The notes: generated by a model from the letters alone, not told the origin. A stretch of DNA of 64,000 bases from Promethearchaeota archaeon (GCA_048938105.1 JBHLMN010000002.1:224001-288000); one strand, 5' to 3'. Positions 30,368 to 40,575 are shown, counted from the first letter of the stretch. Numbers and translations are program-made.

Positions 30368-31135
30368 TTGACTAATGATTTAATTCAAGTTGAGAAAAGT
30401 AATAACATTGGAAAAATAACATTTAACAATGGAGATTGGAATATTTTAAACATCGCAATGATGAAACAAATTAACGAAGCTCTTGAGAACTTTATAAACG
30501 ACCAATCTCTTAAAGCAGTCGTGATTGACCATAATGGACGATCTTTTTCTGCAGGAGTTGATGTAGGTGAGCATATGGGTGATCTGGCTCCAAAAATGTT
30601 GAAAGAATTTCATGGTATGTTTAAAAAACTAAATCGATTGAATTGTCCGACCATTGCTAGTGTTAAAGGAGCAGCTCTTGGTGGTGGATGTGAGGTAGCA
30701 GTATTTTGTGATATGGTTCTCGCTTCCGAGAAAGCGAAATTTGGACAACCCGAAATTAAAGTGGGCGTATTTCCCCCCGTATCCGTATTAATATTCCCCT
30801 ATCTAACAGGACACAAGAAAGCGTACGAACTTCTACTTCAAGGAGAAACAATCAGTGCTAATGAAGCACATCGCCTCGGTTTAGTTAATCATGTGTTTCC
30901 AATTGACTCGTACGAACAGGAATTTTCTAAATTTCTTGAAAGATTTAACAAACTAAGTACAGTTGTATTACAACATAGCAAGAAAGCGATTCGCCTGGGA
31001 TTTATGGATGATTTTGATTCTCAAATCGATAAAGTGGAAGAATATTACTTAAATGAACTTATGAAAACCCATGATGCGAATGAGGGATTGAAAGCCTTTG
31101 TAGAAAAACGTACTCCCGAATGGAAAAATCATTAG
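30368..31135 (+). CDS. dch: Cyclohexa-1,5-diene-1-carbonyl-CoA hydratase (crotonase family, BzdW-like)
   Basis: NILNIAMM, FSAGVDVGEH, ALGGGCE, GQPEIKVGVFPP, YLNELMKTHDANEG. Confidence 0.8.
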   Translation: MTNDLIQVEKSNNIGKITFNNGDWNILNIAMMKQINEALENFINDQSLKAVVIDHNGRSFSAGVDVGEHMGDLAPKMLKEFHGMFKKLNRLNCPTIASVKGAALGGGCEVAVFCDMVLASEKAKFGQPEIKVGVFPPVSVLIFPYLTGHKKAYELLLQGETISANEAHRLGLVNHVFPIDSYEQEFSKFLERFNKLSTVVLQHSKKAIRLGFMDDFDSQIDKVEEYYLNELMKTHDANEGLKAFVEKRTPEWKNH

Positions 31136-31163
31136 ACCTCACTCTCGACTCATAGTTTCCTTA

Positions 31164-31835
31164 ATGGTGAAGATTTTGTCACAGTCAGAAGTTACAATAA
31201 CATATCTAGGTCAATCTGGATTTCTTTTACAAGATGGAAATACAAATTTAGTGCTAGATCCAGGGAAAAAAATAGATCCTAGTATCCCAATAGACATTAT
31301 ATATGCCACCCATGACCATTTTGACCACGTGAATGGAATCAAACCTATATTGAAGACGAATCCAGGAGCGATACTTATAGGGAACAATCAGGTAATTAAA
31401 AAGTTCAAACATTTGACAGATAACCTTCAAATTGCGGAATCTGAAAAGAATATAAAGGTAAAATCTTGGCACCTATCGTTTTTTAAGTTTAGACATGGAA
31501 TATTCTCCAACGTAATGAATTTAGGTCTAATAGTTGAAAACCTTGAGTTTAAATTCGGACCTGTAGGAGATGCGGTAGAATTTAAGGCTTTTTATCAAAA
31601 AAACTTAGATATATTAGCACTTCCTATATCAGGATTCTTTGCTGCTTCTCCTACACGAGTTTTTCGCGAATTAAAAGAATTTAATTCAATTCCTAAAACG
31701 ATTATACCTATGCATTGGTTATTCAGACGACCAAGAAAATTCTGTAAGAAATTAATGAAAAAATTCCCAGACATAAGATGCATTATTCCAGAAAAAGGGG
31801 AAAAATTAGAATTTTGTAGAATGGAAGAATTATAA
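31164..31835 (+). CDS. Metallo-beta-lactamase-fold hydrolase
   Basis: YLGQSGF, THDHFDH, IPMHW. Confidence 0.8.
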   Translation: MVKILSQSEVTITYLGQSGFLLQDGNTNLVLDPGKKIDPSIPIDIIYATHDHFDHVNGIKPILKTNPGAILIGNNQVIKKFKHLTDNLQIAESEKNIKVKSWHLSFFKFRHGIFSNVMNLGLIVENLEFKFGPVGDAVEFKAFYQKNLDILALPISGFFAASPTRVFRELKEFNSIPKTIIPMHWLFRRPRKFCKKLMKKFPDIRCIIPEKGEKLEFCRMEEL

Positions 31836-32009
31836 TCAGACTTAATTTCATCGATTTTGATATTCAAATTGATCAATTCGAAGAATATTGCTTGAATACT
31901 CTCATTAAAATTAAGGACACAAATAGATGGAGTAGTAGTATTTGTTGAAAAATGTTAGGATTTATTTTCTGTGTTCCTTTTCAGATTATTTAATTGAAAA
32001 AAAAAAATA

Positions 32010-32026
32010 TTCTCATATATTGAGAA
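32010..32026. promoter_or_regulatory. Short inverted repeat upstream of had
   Basis: TTCTCA-TATAT-TGAGAA following an A11 run. Confidence 0.3.
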
Positions 32027-32088
32027 GAATTGTGGTGTCGCAAGTATTAAAAATCAGACTCAAATTTACAACAAGTTAAGGGATTAAT

Positions 32089-33135
32089 ATGAAAGCAGCT
32101 GTTTTTGAAAAAGTAAAGACTCCTATGAAAATTGATGAAAATTATCCTTCTCCTGATATTTCTGGGAAATCAGGTCAAGTGTTATTAAACATTGAGGCGT
32201 GTGGTGTTTGTCACACAGATTTAGGATTTTTGGATCATGGTGTTCCAACTGGAAAATCTCCACCATTAATTTTAGGGCATGAAATGTCAGGGACAGTAGC
32301 GGAAATAAGTGATGATGTCACCTCCTTCAAAAAGGGGGATCAAGTTCTTGTTCCTGCGGTGATATCCTGCGGGAACTGCTTCTATTGCAGAACTGGACGC
32401 GAAAATATTTGTTCAAATCAAACATTCTTTGGGAGTAATGTTGATGGAGGTTTTGCAGAGCAAATAATGGTTCCAGCAAAAGATATTTTTCATCTCCCCA
32501 CTGAAATTCCTTTAGAAGAAGGTTGTATCATTTCAGATGCTGTTTCAACTCCATACCATGCTGTAAAAAATCGGGGGCAAGTAAGACCTGGAGATTGGGT
32601 AGTTGTCATTGGTTGTGGTGGAATAGGTTCAAATGTGGTGCAGAATGTTAAAGCAGCTGGTGGATTACCTATTGCGGTTGACATTATTCCAGAGAAATTA
32701 GAGGTAGCAAAACAGCTTGGGGCAGTTGAGACAATATTAGCAAAGGATTTAGACAAAAAAGCTATTGTTAGTGCTATTAGAAAAATCACTGGGGGTGGAG
32801 CCGATATTGCTTTTGAAGCGATAGGAAATCCGGTAACATTTGCACAAGCGTTCGATAGTTTGAGGAAAGGAGGTCGTCTAGTAGCTGTTGGATATTCTCC
32901 CAAGCGTTGGGATGGATTTAATGTTGGTCGCGTAATGTTTTATGAAATGGAATTGGTTGGAAGTCTAGGGTGTCGTACAGTGGATTATCCCCGCATAATT
33001 GAGTTGGTAAAAAATAAGGTTTTAGTCGTTGAACCATTAGTAACAGCAAAATATCCCCTCGCTGAAATCAATGAAGCTTTTGATGTTTTACGGAGTGGTA
33101 AAGGTATTCGTACAGTTATTTTATGTCAAAAATAA
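32089..33135 (+). CDS. had: 6-hydroxycyclohex-1-ene-1-carbonyl-CoA dehydrogenase (Zn-ADH, BzdX-like)
   Basis: CGVCHTDLGFLDHGVPT, LGHE, VPAVISCGNC, SDAVSTPYHAV, GSLGCRTVDYP; context. Confidence 0.75.
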   Translation: MKAAVFEKVKTPMKIDENYPSPDISGKSGQVLLNIEACGVCHTDLGFLDHGVPTGKSPPLILGHEMSGTVAEISDDVTSFKKGDQVLVPAVISCGNCFYCRTGRENICSNQTFFGSNVDGGFAEQIMVPAKDIFHLPTEIPLEEGCIISDAVSTPYHAVKNRGQVRPGDWVVVIGCGGIGSNVVQNVKAAGGLPIAVDIIPEKLEVAKQLGAVETILAKDLDKKAIVSAIRKITGGGADIAFEAIGNPVTFAQAFDSLRKGGRLVAVGYSPKRWDGFNVGRVMFYEMELVGSLGCRTVDYPRIIELVKNKVLVVEPLVTAKYPLAEINEAFDVLRSGKGIRTVILCQK

Positions 33136-33170
33136 TTATCAAACTTGCTATTCTTTGGATTTGAAATCTC

Positions 33171-34313
33171 ATGAAAGTAGGCATTATTGGTATTGGACAT
33201 GGTAGATTCGGTAGACGAGATGATGTTACCGTACAAGAACTAGCATTTGAGCCTTTTGTCGAGGCCTTAAATGATGCAGAAATTCAGCGAAAAGATATTG
33301 ATGCGACTATTGTTGGCGGATCACCAGTCTATATGACTCAACGGAGTATTGCAGGACCAATCACTGAATACCTTGGTTTAAACCCACAACCTGTTTGGCT
33401 TACCGAAGCAGCTTGCAGTAGTTCTGCAGTTGCTTTACGAACGGCATACGCTTTAATTTCTGCAGGAATGCATCAAATAGTTTTAGTGTTGGGTGTGCAG
33501 AAGATGTTAGAAAATCCAACGTCTGAAATCCTGAAAATTATGGGACGTAGCGGAGATGTTCAGTGGGAGGCTCCATATGGAACAACTTTTGCGAATTATT
33601 ATGCAATGTATGCCAACTCCCATATGGCAAAATACGGCACAAAATCAGAACAACTCGCTGCCGTTGCAGTAAAAAATCATTATTATGGAGCAATGAACCC
33701 ATTAGCAATGTTCCAAAAGGAAATTACAATAGAAAAAGCATTAGCATCAAGAATCATAGCCTCTCCGCTACATCTTTATGATTGCTGTTCAAATGCTGAT
33801 GGTTCTGCTGCGCTTATTGTAGCAAATGAAGAAAAAGCTAAACAACTCTCTGATACACCAATTTGGGTCTCTGGCCTTGGAGCAGCTACTGCTCCCTTTT
33901 CCCTGTTAACCCGTCCAAAGCTAGCTACACTATCTAGCGCAGTTGAAGCCTCAAAAATAGCATATACTCAAGCCAAAGTTCAACCCACTGATATAGATGT
34001 TGCTGAAGTTCATGACTGCTTTACTATTGCTGAAATCATGGCCTATGAGGATTTAGGGTTCACAGAAAGAGGAAAAGGAGGAGAATTTGTAGAGGAGGCC
34101 TATGTTGGTGGGAAAATTCCTATCAACGTTGATGGTGGTCTGAAAGCAAAAGGGCATCCTGTTGGAGCTACTGGTTGTTCACAGGTTGTTGGAATTGTCA
34201 AACAACTTCGTGGAGAAGCAGGAAAGAGTCAAGTTGATGATGCTGAGATTGGATTGACTCATAATGTTGGTGGTCATGGTCAATATTGTGTTGTGCATAT
34301 TTTTTCACGGTAA
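33171..34313 (+). CDS. SCP-x-type (archaeal) thiolase
   Basis: EAACSSS, EVHDCFT, KGHPVGATG, HNVGG. Confidence 0.88.
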   Translation: MKVGIIGIGHGRFGRRDDVTVQELAFEPFVEALNDAEIQRKDIDATIVGGSPVYMTQRSIAGPITEYLGLNPQPVWLTEAACSSSAVALRTAYALISAGMHQIVLVLGVQKMLENPTSEILKIMGRSGDVQWEAPYGTTFANYYAMYANSHMAKYGTKSEQLAAVAVKNHYYGAMNPLAMFQKEITIEKALASRIIASPLHLYDCCSNADGSAALIVANEEKAKQLSDTPIWVSGLGAATAPFSLLTRPKLATLSSAVEASKIAYTQAKVQPTDIDVAEVHDCFTIAEIMAYEDLGFTERGKGGEFVEEAYVGGKIPINVDGGLKAKGHPVGATGCSQVVGIVKQLRGEAGKSQVDDAEIGLTHNVGGHGQYCVVHIFSR

Positions 34314-35536
34314 GGTGCAAAACAGTGAAACACTTTGGGTATAAAGACTATATTTCTCAATCAAAGATTGGTAAACGTTTTTTGGAAGCTTTGAGAGCAG
34401 GAAGGCTAGAAGGGACTAAATGTACTAAATGTTCCATTCTTTATTATCCTCCTAGAGCCAACTGTAAAGAATGTCTTACTGACGAGTTTCTAGAACATGT
34501 AGAATTTTCTGGTGAAGGAAAAATTTTATCATTTTCTGAAGTTCATGTTCCTCCCGCTGGTTTTGAGCGTTTTGCTCCGTATACAGTAACAGTTATCGAC
34601 TTGAAGGAAGGTGGGAGAGTTGTAGCTTGGGTAGATGACGTTACTGAACCACTTAAGATTGGTGAGGATGTACTGGTTAAACCAGAGGTCGTCGAAGGAG
34701 ATAGGGTGATTTATCGAGTTTTAAGAGGTGAAGACATAACTGTCTCCTCTGAAAAGATTGCTAAAACCAAAAAGGATGAAGTTAAACCCAAAAGACTTAT
34801 GAACAAAGTCGCTATTGTCACAGGAGCAGGGAAGGGAATTGGTAGAGAAATCGCCTTAACATATGCAAGAGAGGGAGCTAAAGTTGTAGTTGCAGCTAGG
34901 ACACAATCAGACATCGATTCCCTTGCGAATGAGATTAAAGAGTGTGGAGGTGAGGCTCTTGCGATTCCATGTGACGTTTCCAATGTAGAAGACGTACATC
35001 GTTTAGTGGAAGGAACACTAAAAAGATTTCAAAGAGTAGATATTCTTGTAAACAATGCTGGAATTTCTCGAAGTGCTTTAATTTCGAAAATGACCGATGA
35101 TCTTTGGAATTCAGTAATAAATATCAATTTAACTGGTACATTTAATTGTATCCGGGCCATAACGCCACATTTTATGGAAAAAAGACCTCTTGGTGGGAAG
35201 ATCATCAATTTCACATCTACAGCTGCTAAATATGGTAATATAGGCCAGGCATCATATGCAGCATCTAAATGGGGAATTATAGCTCTTTCAAAAACCGCAG
35301 CAAGAGAACTGGCTCGTTATAAAGTTAATGTGAACTGTATAATGCCAGGATATATCGAAACAACAATGACTGCAGATACACCGAGTGTCTATAAAGAACA
35401 GACAATTGCTCAAATCCCACAAATGCGAATTGGTTATCCTGATGATGTGGCAAAGGTAGCTGTATTCTTGGCGTCAGATGATAGTAATTATATGACTGGT
35501 GGGGTGGTTCAAGTAGACGGTGGATTAAGAATGTAA
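34286..35536 (+). CDS. DUF35 (Zn-ribbon/OB-fold) fused to FabG-like SDR (true start probably the GTG near 34325)
   Basis: GTKCTKC...YPPRANCKEC...GEGKILSFSEVH..P.GF then VTGAGKGIG, NNAG, YAASK, VDGG in one frame. Confidence 0.85.
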   Translation: MCCAYFFTVRCKTVKHFGYKDYISQSKIGKRFLEALRAGRLEGTKCTKCSILYYPPRANCKECLTDEFLEHVEFSGEGKILSFSEVHVPPAGFERFAPYTVTVIDLKEGGRVVAWVDDVTEPLKIGEDVLVKPEVVEGDRVIYRVLRGEDITVSSEKIAKTKKDEVKPKRLMNKVAIVTGAGKGIGREIALTYAREGAKVVVAARTQSDIDSLANEIKECGGEALAIPCDVSNVEDVHRLVEGTLKRFQRVDILVNNAGISRSALISKMTDDLWNSVININLTGTFNCIRAITPHFMEKRPLGGKIINFTSTAAKYGNIGQASYAASKWGIIALSKTAARELARYKVNVNCIMPGYIETTMTADTPSVYKEQTIAQIPQMRIGYPDDVAKVAVFLASDDSNYMTGGVVQVDGGLRM

Positions 35537-35624
35537 ATATTCCTGTTTATTCTTATTTAGACTCAAACAGGTATCAATAATCCTCAATTCTATTATTTGA
35601 ACTCCTAAGAAGATAGAAAGGCAA

Positions 35625-35759
35625 TTATCCCCTCATCATAAGAATGGGACACTTTTCTGGATCATCCAAGTCTAAACACGGTTTTTGCATGCCTTTATAA
35701 AACTTCTGACCAAGTTCATTGCACATTTGGTTTTCTTCATCGAAGTGTGGACATACCAT
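35625..35759 (-). CDS. 44-aa four-Cys microprotein
   Basis: Absent from the ORF track. MVCPHFDEENQMCNELGQKFYKGMQKPCLDLDDPEKCPILMMRG*, with GGAGATG upstream. Confidence 0.6.
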   Translation of the reverse strand: MVCPHFDEENQMCNELGQKFYKGMQKPCLDLDDPEKCPILMMRG

Positions 35760-35909
35760 GGCATCATCTCCGATTTTTATAATTTTCCAACAGATACTGT
35801 TGCAATAAACACTTCTTCATTTATTATTTATTAACCATTGCTAATGTCTTGTAGTATATTGAGATATTAATAAAAAAATGCAGAATTAATAAGGGAAAGG
35901 TGTTTTGAA

Positions 35910-36779
35910 GTGTGTAAGTGGTGCGCCAAACATGGTGCTAATGGAAAATGGTACCTTAATGCTAAGAATTATCTAGCAGAAACATCTAAAGGTTATGATG
36001 ATGCACGTGAATACCTAGAAGTTCTTTGGGGGAATCTTGAGCGAATCTATTTGGGGAAAACATGGGGAATGTCAATAAATAATGTTATTTCGTATCGTCT
36101 TAAGATTCCAATTATAGGAAGATTCATTAAATGGATGGTTAATAAAAGAATTGAGAAAGAAAAGAATCCTAATCCTCGAATTGCAGAGGGACATTTTGGT
36201 CAAGTAATTCCACTGGAAGAAGCTAAAATCATTGTTTCTAATCTAGCTGACGTTAAGATCAAAGCAAATTGTCCCTGTAGATACATACACCGCGGAATTA
36301 AGGTAGATAGTTGTATGGGGTTTACTGCCCTAGCAGAAGTGTTTCCTAAGCTTCCTCGATTGATTCCAGAAAATGGCTTGGAGATTTTATCCTCTGATAA
36401 AGCTGAAATATTCTTAGAAAGGATGAATCAGGAAGGAAAAGTTCATGTCATTTACTGGGGACCAATACCTTATATTGCTGCATTGTGTTCTTGTGATTAC
36501 CCCCAGTGTTTGGGTTTACGAACTCGAATGGATTTTGGTATCAATACAGTATATAAAGGGGAGTATATTGCTGTAGTAGACCCCAATAAATGTATTGGCT
36601 GTGGAAAATGTGTTTCTCGATGTCAATTTGGAGCAATAAATTTCAGTTCATCAATAAATCGACCAATAATTGATGCCAAAAGGTGTTTTGGATGTGGATT
36701 GTGTAAGGAAATATGTGAGGAACAAGCAATACACTTGGTCGATAGAGATGAAATTCCAGTTGTAAAGGGGATGTATTAA
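35910..36779 (+). CDS. Fe-S protein with N-terminal CxxCxxHG motif and C-terminal 2x[4Fe-4S] domain
   Basis: CKWCAKHG..GKWYL, CPCR, LCSCDYPQC, CIGCGKCVSRCQFGA, CFGCGLCKEIC. Confidence 0.8.
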   Translation: MCKWCAKHGANGKWYLNAKNYLAETSKGYDDAREYLEVLWGNLERIYLGKTWGMSINNVISYRLKIPIIGRFIKWMVNKRIEKEKNPNPRIAEGHFGQVIPLEEAKIIVSNLADVKIKANCPCRYIHRGIKVDSCMGFTALAEVFPKLPRLIPENGLEILSSDKAEIFLERMNQEGKVHVIYWGPIPYIAALCSCDYPQCLGLRTRMDFGINTVYKGEYIAVVDPNKCIGCGKCVSRCQFGAINFSSSINRPIIDAKRCFGCGLCKEICEEQAIHLVDRDEIPVVKGMY

Positions 36780-37009
36780 TGGGGAAGATTAAGATTAATA
36801 TTGATTACTCGAAATGTATCACCCCTGAGAACTGTAGAAAATGTATAAATGTTTGCCAACCAGTAGTTTTGATACTAACCTTTTCTGATAAAGATTTCTA
36901 TAATCCAAAAGATTGGAAAATTGTACCAATATTTCCTTCCTTATGCATAAATTGCAATCTGTGTGTTGATCAATGCCCTGAAAAGGCCATAAGCATTTTT
37001 CTAAAGTAA
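36779..37009 (+). CDS. 4Fe-4S ferredoxin
   Basis: C....CRKCINVC and CINCNLCVDQCP; start overlaps the upstream stop codon. Confidence 0.8.
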   Translation: MGKIKINIDYSKCITPENCRKCINVCQPVVLILTFSDKDFYNPKDWKIVPIFPSLCINCNLCVDQCPEKAISIFLK

Positions 37010-37107
37010 TTGCTTTTTAAGAACCCAAAAGTAAGTTTGGTTTTCCTCTATGAATTCTGCTTTTTGAAAGGTCTTGCATCCCGTTTCAAATAAATAAAGC
37101 AGCGAAT

Positions 37108-37158
37108 TTAGTTCTTCAATACTTCTCGTAAGATTTTAGCCAATCTTTTCATTCCAGT
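37108..37158 (-). pseudogene. Orphan 3' end of an aminotransferase gene
   Basis: TGMKRLAKILREVLKN* versus VGMKRLARILKDEIG* at the end of 39361-40575; 23/27 nt identical over the core nine codons. Confidence 0.5.
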
Positions 37159-37309
37159 AACCCTCATAAAGCTTGTTTCATCTTCGAAACTTTCAGCTAC
37201 CTCTGAAAAATTTTATAAACACCAAAATCCAAGAGTTAGGTGATTCAAAAGGGAATAAGAAGGCCAAAATCAAGCATAATTGACTTATTGAGAGACTAGG
37301 GGATGCATA

Positions 37310-38797
37310 ATGACAGCTAAGAAAATTTCAGTATATAATGAAGTTCCATTGATTGAGAGTGAGGCTCGAGTTCTTTTCGAGCTTGAGACTTTAGTGAACG
37401 AACCTCTCCCTCAGGTTGAAGAACTAGTCCGAAAATCTACCTGGGAGGGACCCTTTGGCTTTATTACTAAGGATCATCATGTGGTCGGATTAGGAGTATC
37501 TTTTAGAGGATTGACTTCCAGCAGTGAACTGTATTCATATCAGAATAATTTAAGACCGCTGCCTGACACCCTCGGGCAGTTAATCCACTTACAAGAATTA
37601 GATCTAAGTAATAACCGTTTGAAAGAGCTGCCCTCCTTCCTTGCGCAGCTGTCCAATCTCAAAACATTGAGGGTGAATGGGAATAAATTAACTGACCTTT
37701 CATCAACATTAATCCAGCTGGTCAACTTACAAGAACTAGATGTCTCAAACAATCATTTCATAGTGTATCCCACCTCTCTCAACAAACTCGTTAATCTCAG
37801 AAGGTTAAATATCAGTGATAACCTCTTGAAATCACTGCCTGATTCCATCGGTAAGTTGTCTAATCTTCGTTACTTAAACATAAGCAAGAATCGCTTGACT
37901 ACGCTGCCTGACTCCCTCGAACAGTTAGTTAAACTTCAACACTTAAATCTGAGGGGAAATGAATTGACAGTCATACCAAATGGAATAGGGAATCTAATTA
38001 ATCTAAGAGAATTAAATTTAAGAGGGAATAGACTGAAATTCCTTCCTGATTCCCTCGGCCAATTAGTAAATCTTCAAATCTTGTTGCTGGAACGTAATTT
38101 CAAATTAGATATCCCAGAGACCCTTTGTAATCTTGTCAATCTAGAACGATTATCTTTAGATGAGGGCCACGTATTTCATCTCTCTGAAAACTTGTTTTCT
38201 AGATGGTCCAGTCTTATTCCGCAGGAACAAATAAAAAAGCGAAATCTGAGAAGGCTTCTGGTATTAAATGAAGTCGCTGCCTTGGACGATTTACGCTTAG
38301 AAAATAAGTTCTATTGGCGAGAAGCAGACGTTTATGATATCCACATTGACCTAGACATTAATCTCCATATTTTTATCGAGAACCAGCATGTAACCAAACT
38401 AGATCTATCTGACCAGAATATTGTGCTGTTACCCCCGTCTTTTGGAGAGTTGGTTCACATTAGAGAGTTAAATTTAGGGCACAATAGACTAGAAGGCCTC
38501 CCAGGGACGTTTGGCAACCTTAAACAACTGCATTCACTCGATTTAAGCGAGAATTGTTTAAAAACATTACCTACTGAACTTGGGGAGTTGATTCACCTTG
38601 AGAGGCTGGATTTATCCTTCAATAAGTTTGTCGAGATCCCCGAAACAATTGGCAACTTAAGTAATCTAAAAGAGTTAGACTTATCTATGAATCGTTTGGA
38701 GCATCTTCCTCGGACTTTGGGGAAGTTGAGAAAGCTTGATAATCTGGATTTATCAGGTAACCCAATTATATATCCGAATAGTTATAAGAATTGGTAG
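37310..38797 (+). CDS. Leucine-rich-repeat protein with two capped LRR modules
   Basis: Repeated LxxLxLSxNxLxxLPxSLGxL; caps FITKDHHVVGL and FIENQHVTKLDL. Confidence 0.9.
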   Translation: MTAKKISVYNEVPLIESEARVLFELETLVNEPLPQVEELVRKSTWEGPFGFITKDHHVVGLGVSFRGLTSSSELYSYQNNLRPLPDTLGQLIHLQELDLSNNRLKELPSFLAQLSNLKTLRVNGNKLTDLSSTLIQLVNLQELDVSNNHFIVYPTSLNKLVNLRRLNISDNLLKSLPDSIGKLSNLRYLNISKNRLTTLPDSLEQLVKLQHLNLRGNELTVIPNGIGNLINLRELNLRGNRLKFLPDSLGQLVNLQILLLERNFKLDIPETLCNLVNLERLSLDEGHVFHLSENLFSRWSSLIPQEQIKKRNLRRLLVLNEVAALDDLRLENKFYWREADVYDIHIDLDINLHIFIENQHVTKLDLSDQNIVLLPPSFGELVHIRELNLGHNRLEGLPGTFGNLKQLHSLDLSENCLKTLPTELGELIHLERLDLSFNKFVEIPETIGNLSNLKELDLSMNRLEHLPRTLGKLRKLDNLDLSGNPIIYPNSYKNW

Positions 38798-38954
38798 GAA
38801 TTTGAAATAAAGAGAGTAAAGTGTATTCACATTCTGGTATGAGTATTCCTCTCTCTTAACGTGATTTTTATATTGAAAAACTTCAGCTTACTGAATTGAA
38901 ATTAAGGGCCAAAATGCTTAGAATTTCATATCACGTGTGAAAAAAAAATTTATC

Positions 38955-39078
38955 GGAAAATGGGATGATTTCTGGATCTTTTATCCCTTTCCTTCCAATT
39001 TCATAACCAATTTGACATAGATATTTTTTCAACTTTATAAAAATAATCTCTAACTGTCAATGATATTTTCACATACAT
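38955..39078 (-). pseudogene. Remnant of a DUF5615 PIN-like toxin gene
   Basis: ENIIDS*RLFL*S*K[fs]CQIGYEIGRKGIKDPEIIPF resembles the DENI..SQR.LL.SW....QIG.E.GRKG..D.EIIP pattern recalled for this family. Confidence 0.5.
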
Positions 39079-39360
39079 AGGAATCCTCTGAAAATGATTG
39101 AGATGAATGTTAACATTTTGGTATGGCATTTGCGGATGAAAAATCCTAAGAGAGAAGGTTCAAATACCTCCCAATAGAATTTTGAGTAATCCCAAAAGAA
39201 TAGGCGAGGCTAAGTGGGCCCACTTCTTCAGGTACAAGTAATAATAAGGGTTAGAAAAGGAGTTAACTATTTTTTAACGACTCAAAAGGAAGCTTGGCCG
39301 TTCTTCATGAATTCTATATCCTGAAAAGGTGTCGCTCTAATGAATTCTTTGTAGTTATTT

Positions 39361-40575
39361 TTATCCTATTTCATCCTTTAATATTCTAGCCAATCTCTTC
39401 ATGCCTACAACAATTTTCTCTTCAGGCATATTTGAAAAATTTAATCGTATTGAGTTTTCATGGCCCCCATTAGGATAGAAACATCCTCCAGGGACAAATG
39501 CCACCTTCTGTTCTTGAGCTTTTTCCAGTAATTCCCGACCATTAATATGTTCAGGTAGTTCAATCCATAGGAATAAGCCTCCCTCTGGAATCGAGCATTT
39601 CGCCTCTAGTGGAAATTCTTCATTTATAATTTTGACCATTAGGTCGAGTCGACGTTTATACACCTTTTTAATCTTGGCAATATTAGCATCAATGTCATAT
39701 TCATTTAGGTACAATGCAACCTCTCTTTGAGCCATTGTATTACATTGCAGATCTGCTACTTCCTTTAACATGGTATATTTATTCAATAGTTCTTTCTCAG
39801 CACATATCCAACCAATCCTAAAACCTGGGCACAGAATTTTAGAAAAGGTTCCTAGAAAAACTACCCTACCCTCTGTATCAAAAGATTTAATTGGGGGTAT
39901 TCTCTCTCCACTAAACCTTACTTCTCCATAAGGATTGTCTTCTATAACAGGTAAATTGAATTCATTGGCTACTTCTAAAAATTCCTTGCGCCTAGTTCTT
40001 GACCAGCTGATTCCTGTAGGATTTTGAAAATCAGGTGTTACATAAATCAGTTTGGCGTTAGAAGTGTTTTTTAAAGCTTTTTCAAGCTCTCTTATTCTCA
40101 TACCATCATTATCTATTCGAATATCTACAAATCGTGCTTGATAGGATCTGAATGCGCCTATAGCTCCTAAGTAACAAGGTTTTTCACAAATAACCACATC
40201 ACCAGGATTCAAAAATAGCTTCCCACTAAATTCTATTCCCTGTTGAGATCCATTTATGATCAGAATATTTTCTGCTAATGTTTCAATCCCTGCTTTTCGC
40301 ATACGTTCTGCAATTTTTTCTCTAAGAGGGAGATAACCATCAGTAGGAACATATTGTAATGCATTGATTCCGTCTTTTTCCAATACTTTTCTTGTTATTC
40401 CTTTTAATTCTTCTAGAGGAAATAACTCCGGTGCTGGTAAACCCCCTGCAAATGAGATTATATCTGGTTTACCAATGAATTTAATAATTTCTCGTGTTTC
40501 TAAGCCTTTTACTTTTTTCATACGATCTGCATATCTTAATTCCATAGTGAGAGCACCATATAATATTAAAATCAA
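39361..40575 (-). CDS. PLP-dependent aminotransferase class I/II (LysN/aromatic amino acid type; start probably at Met 40545)
   Basis: ISFAGGLPAPELFP, PDFQNPTG, EDNPYG, GTFSKILCPGFRIGW. Confidence 0.9.
   Translation of the reverse strand: MILILYGALTMELRYADRMKKVKGLETREIIKFIGKPDIISFAGGLPAPELFPLEELKGITRKVLEKDGINALQYVPTDGYLPLREKIAERMRKAGIETLAENILIINGSQQGIEFSGKLFLNPGDVVICEKPCYLGAIGAFRSYQARFVDIRIDNDGMRIRELEKALKNTSNAKLIYVTPDFQNPTGISWSRTRRKEFLEVANEFNLPVIEDNPYGEVRFSGERIPPIKSFDTEGRVVFLGTFSKILCPGFRIGWICAEKELLNKYTMLKEVADLQCNTMAQREVALYLNEYDIDANIAKIKKVYKRRLDLMVKIINEEFPLEAKCSIPEGGLFLWIELPEHINGRELLEKAQEQKVAFVPGGCFYPNGGHENSIRLNFSNMPEEKIVVGMKRLARILKDEIG

Noticed and set aside
39150-39175. GGTTCAAAT resembling a tRNA T-loop
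   Set aside because: No proper T-stem, acceptor stem or anticodon arm can be built
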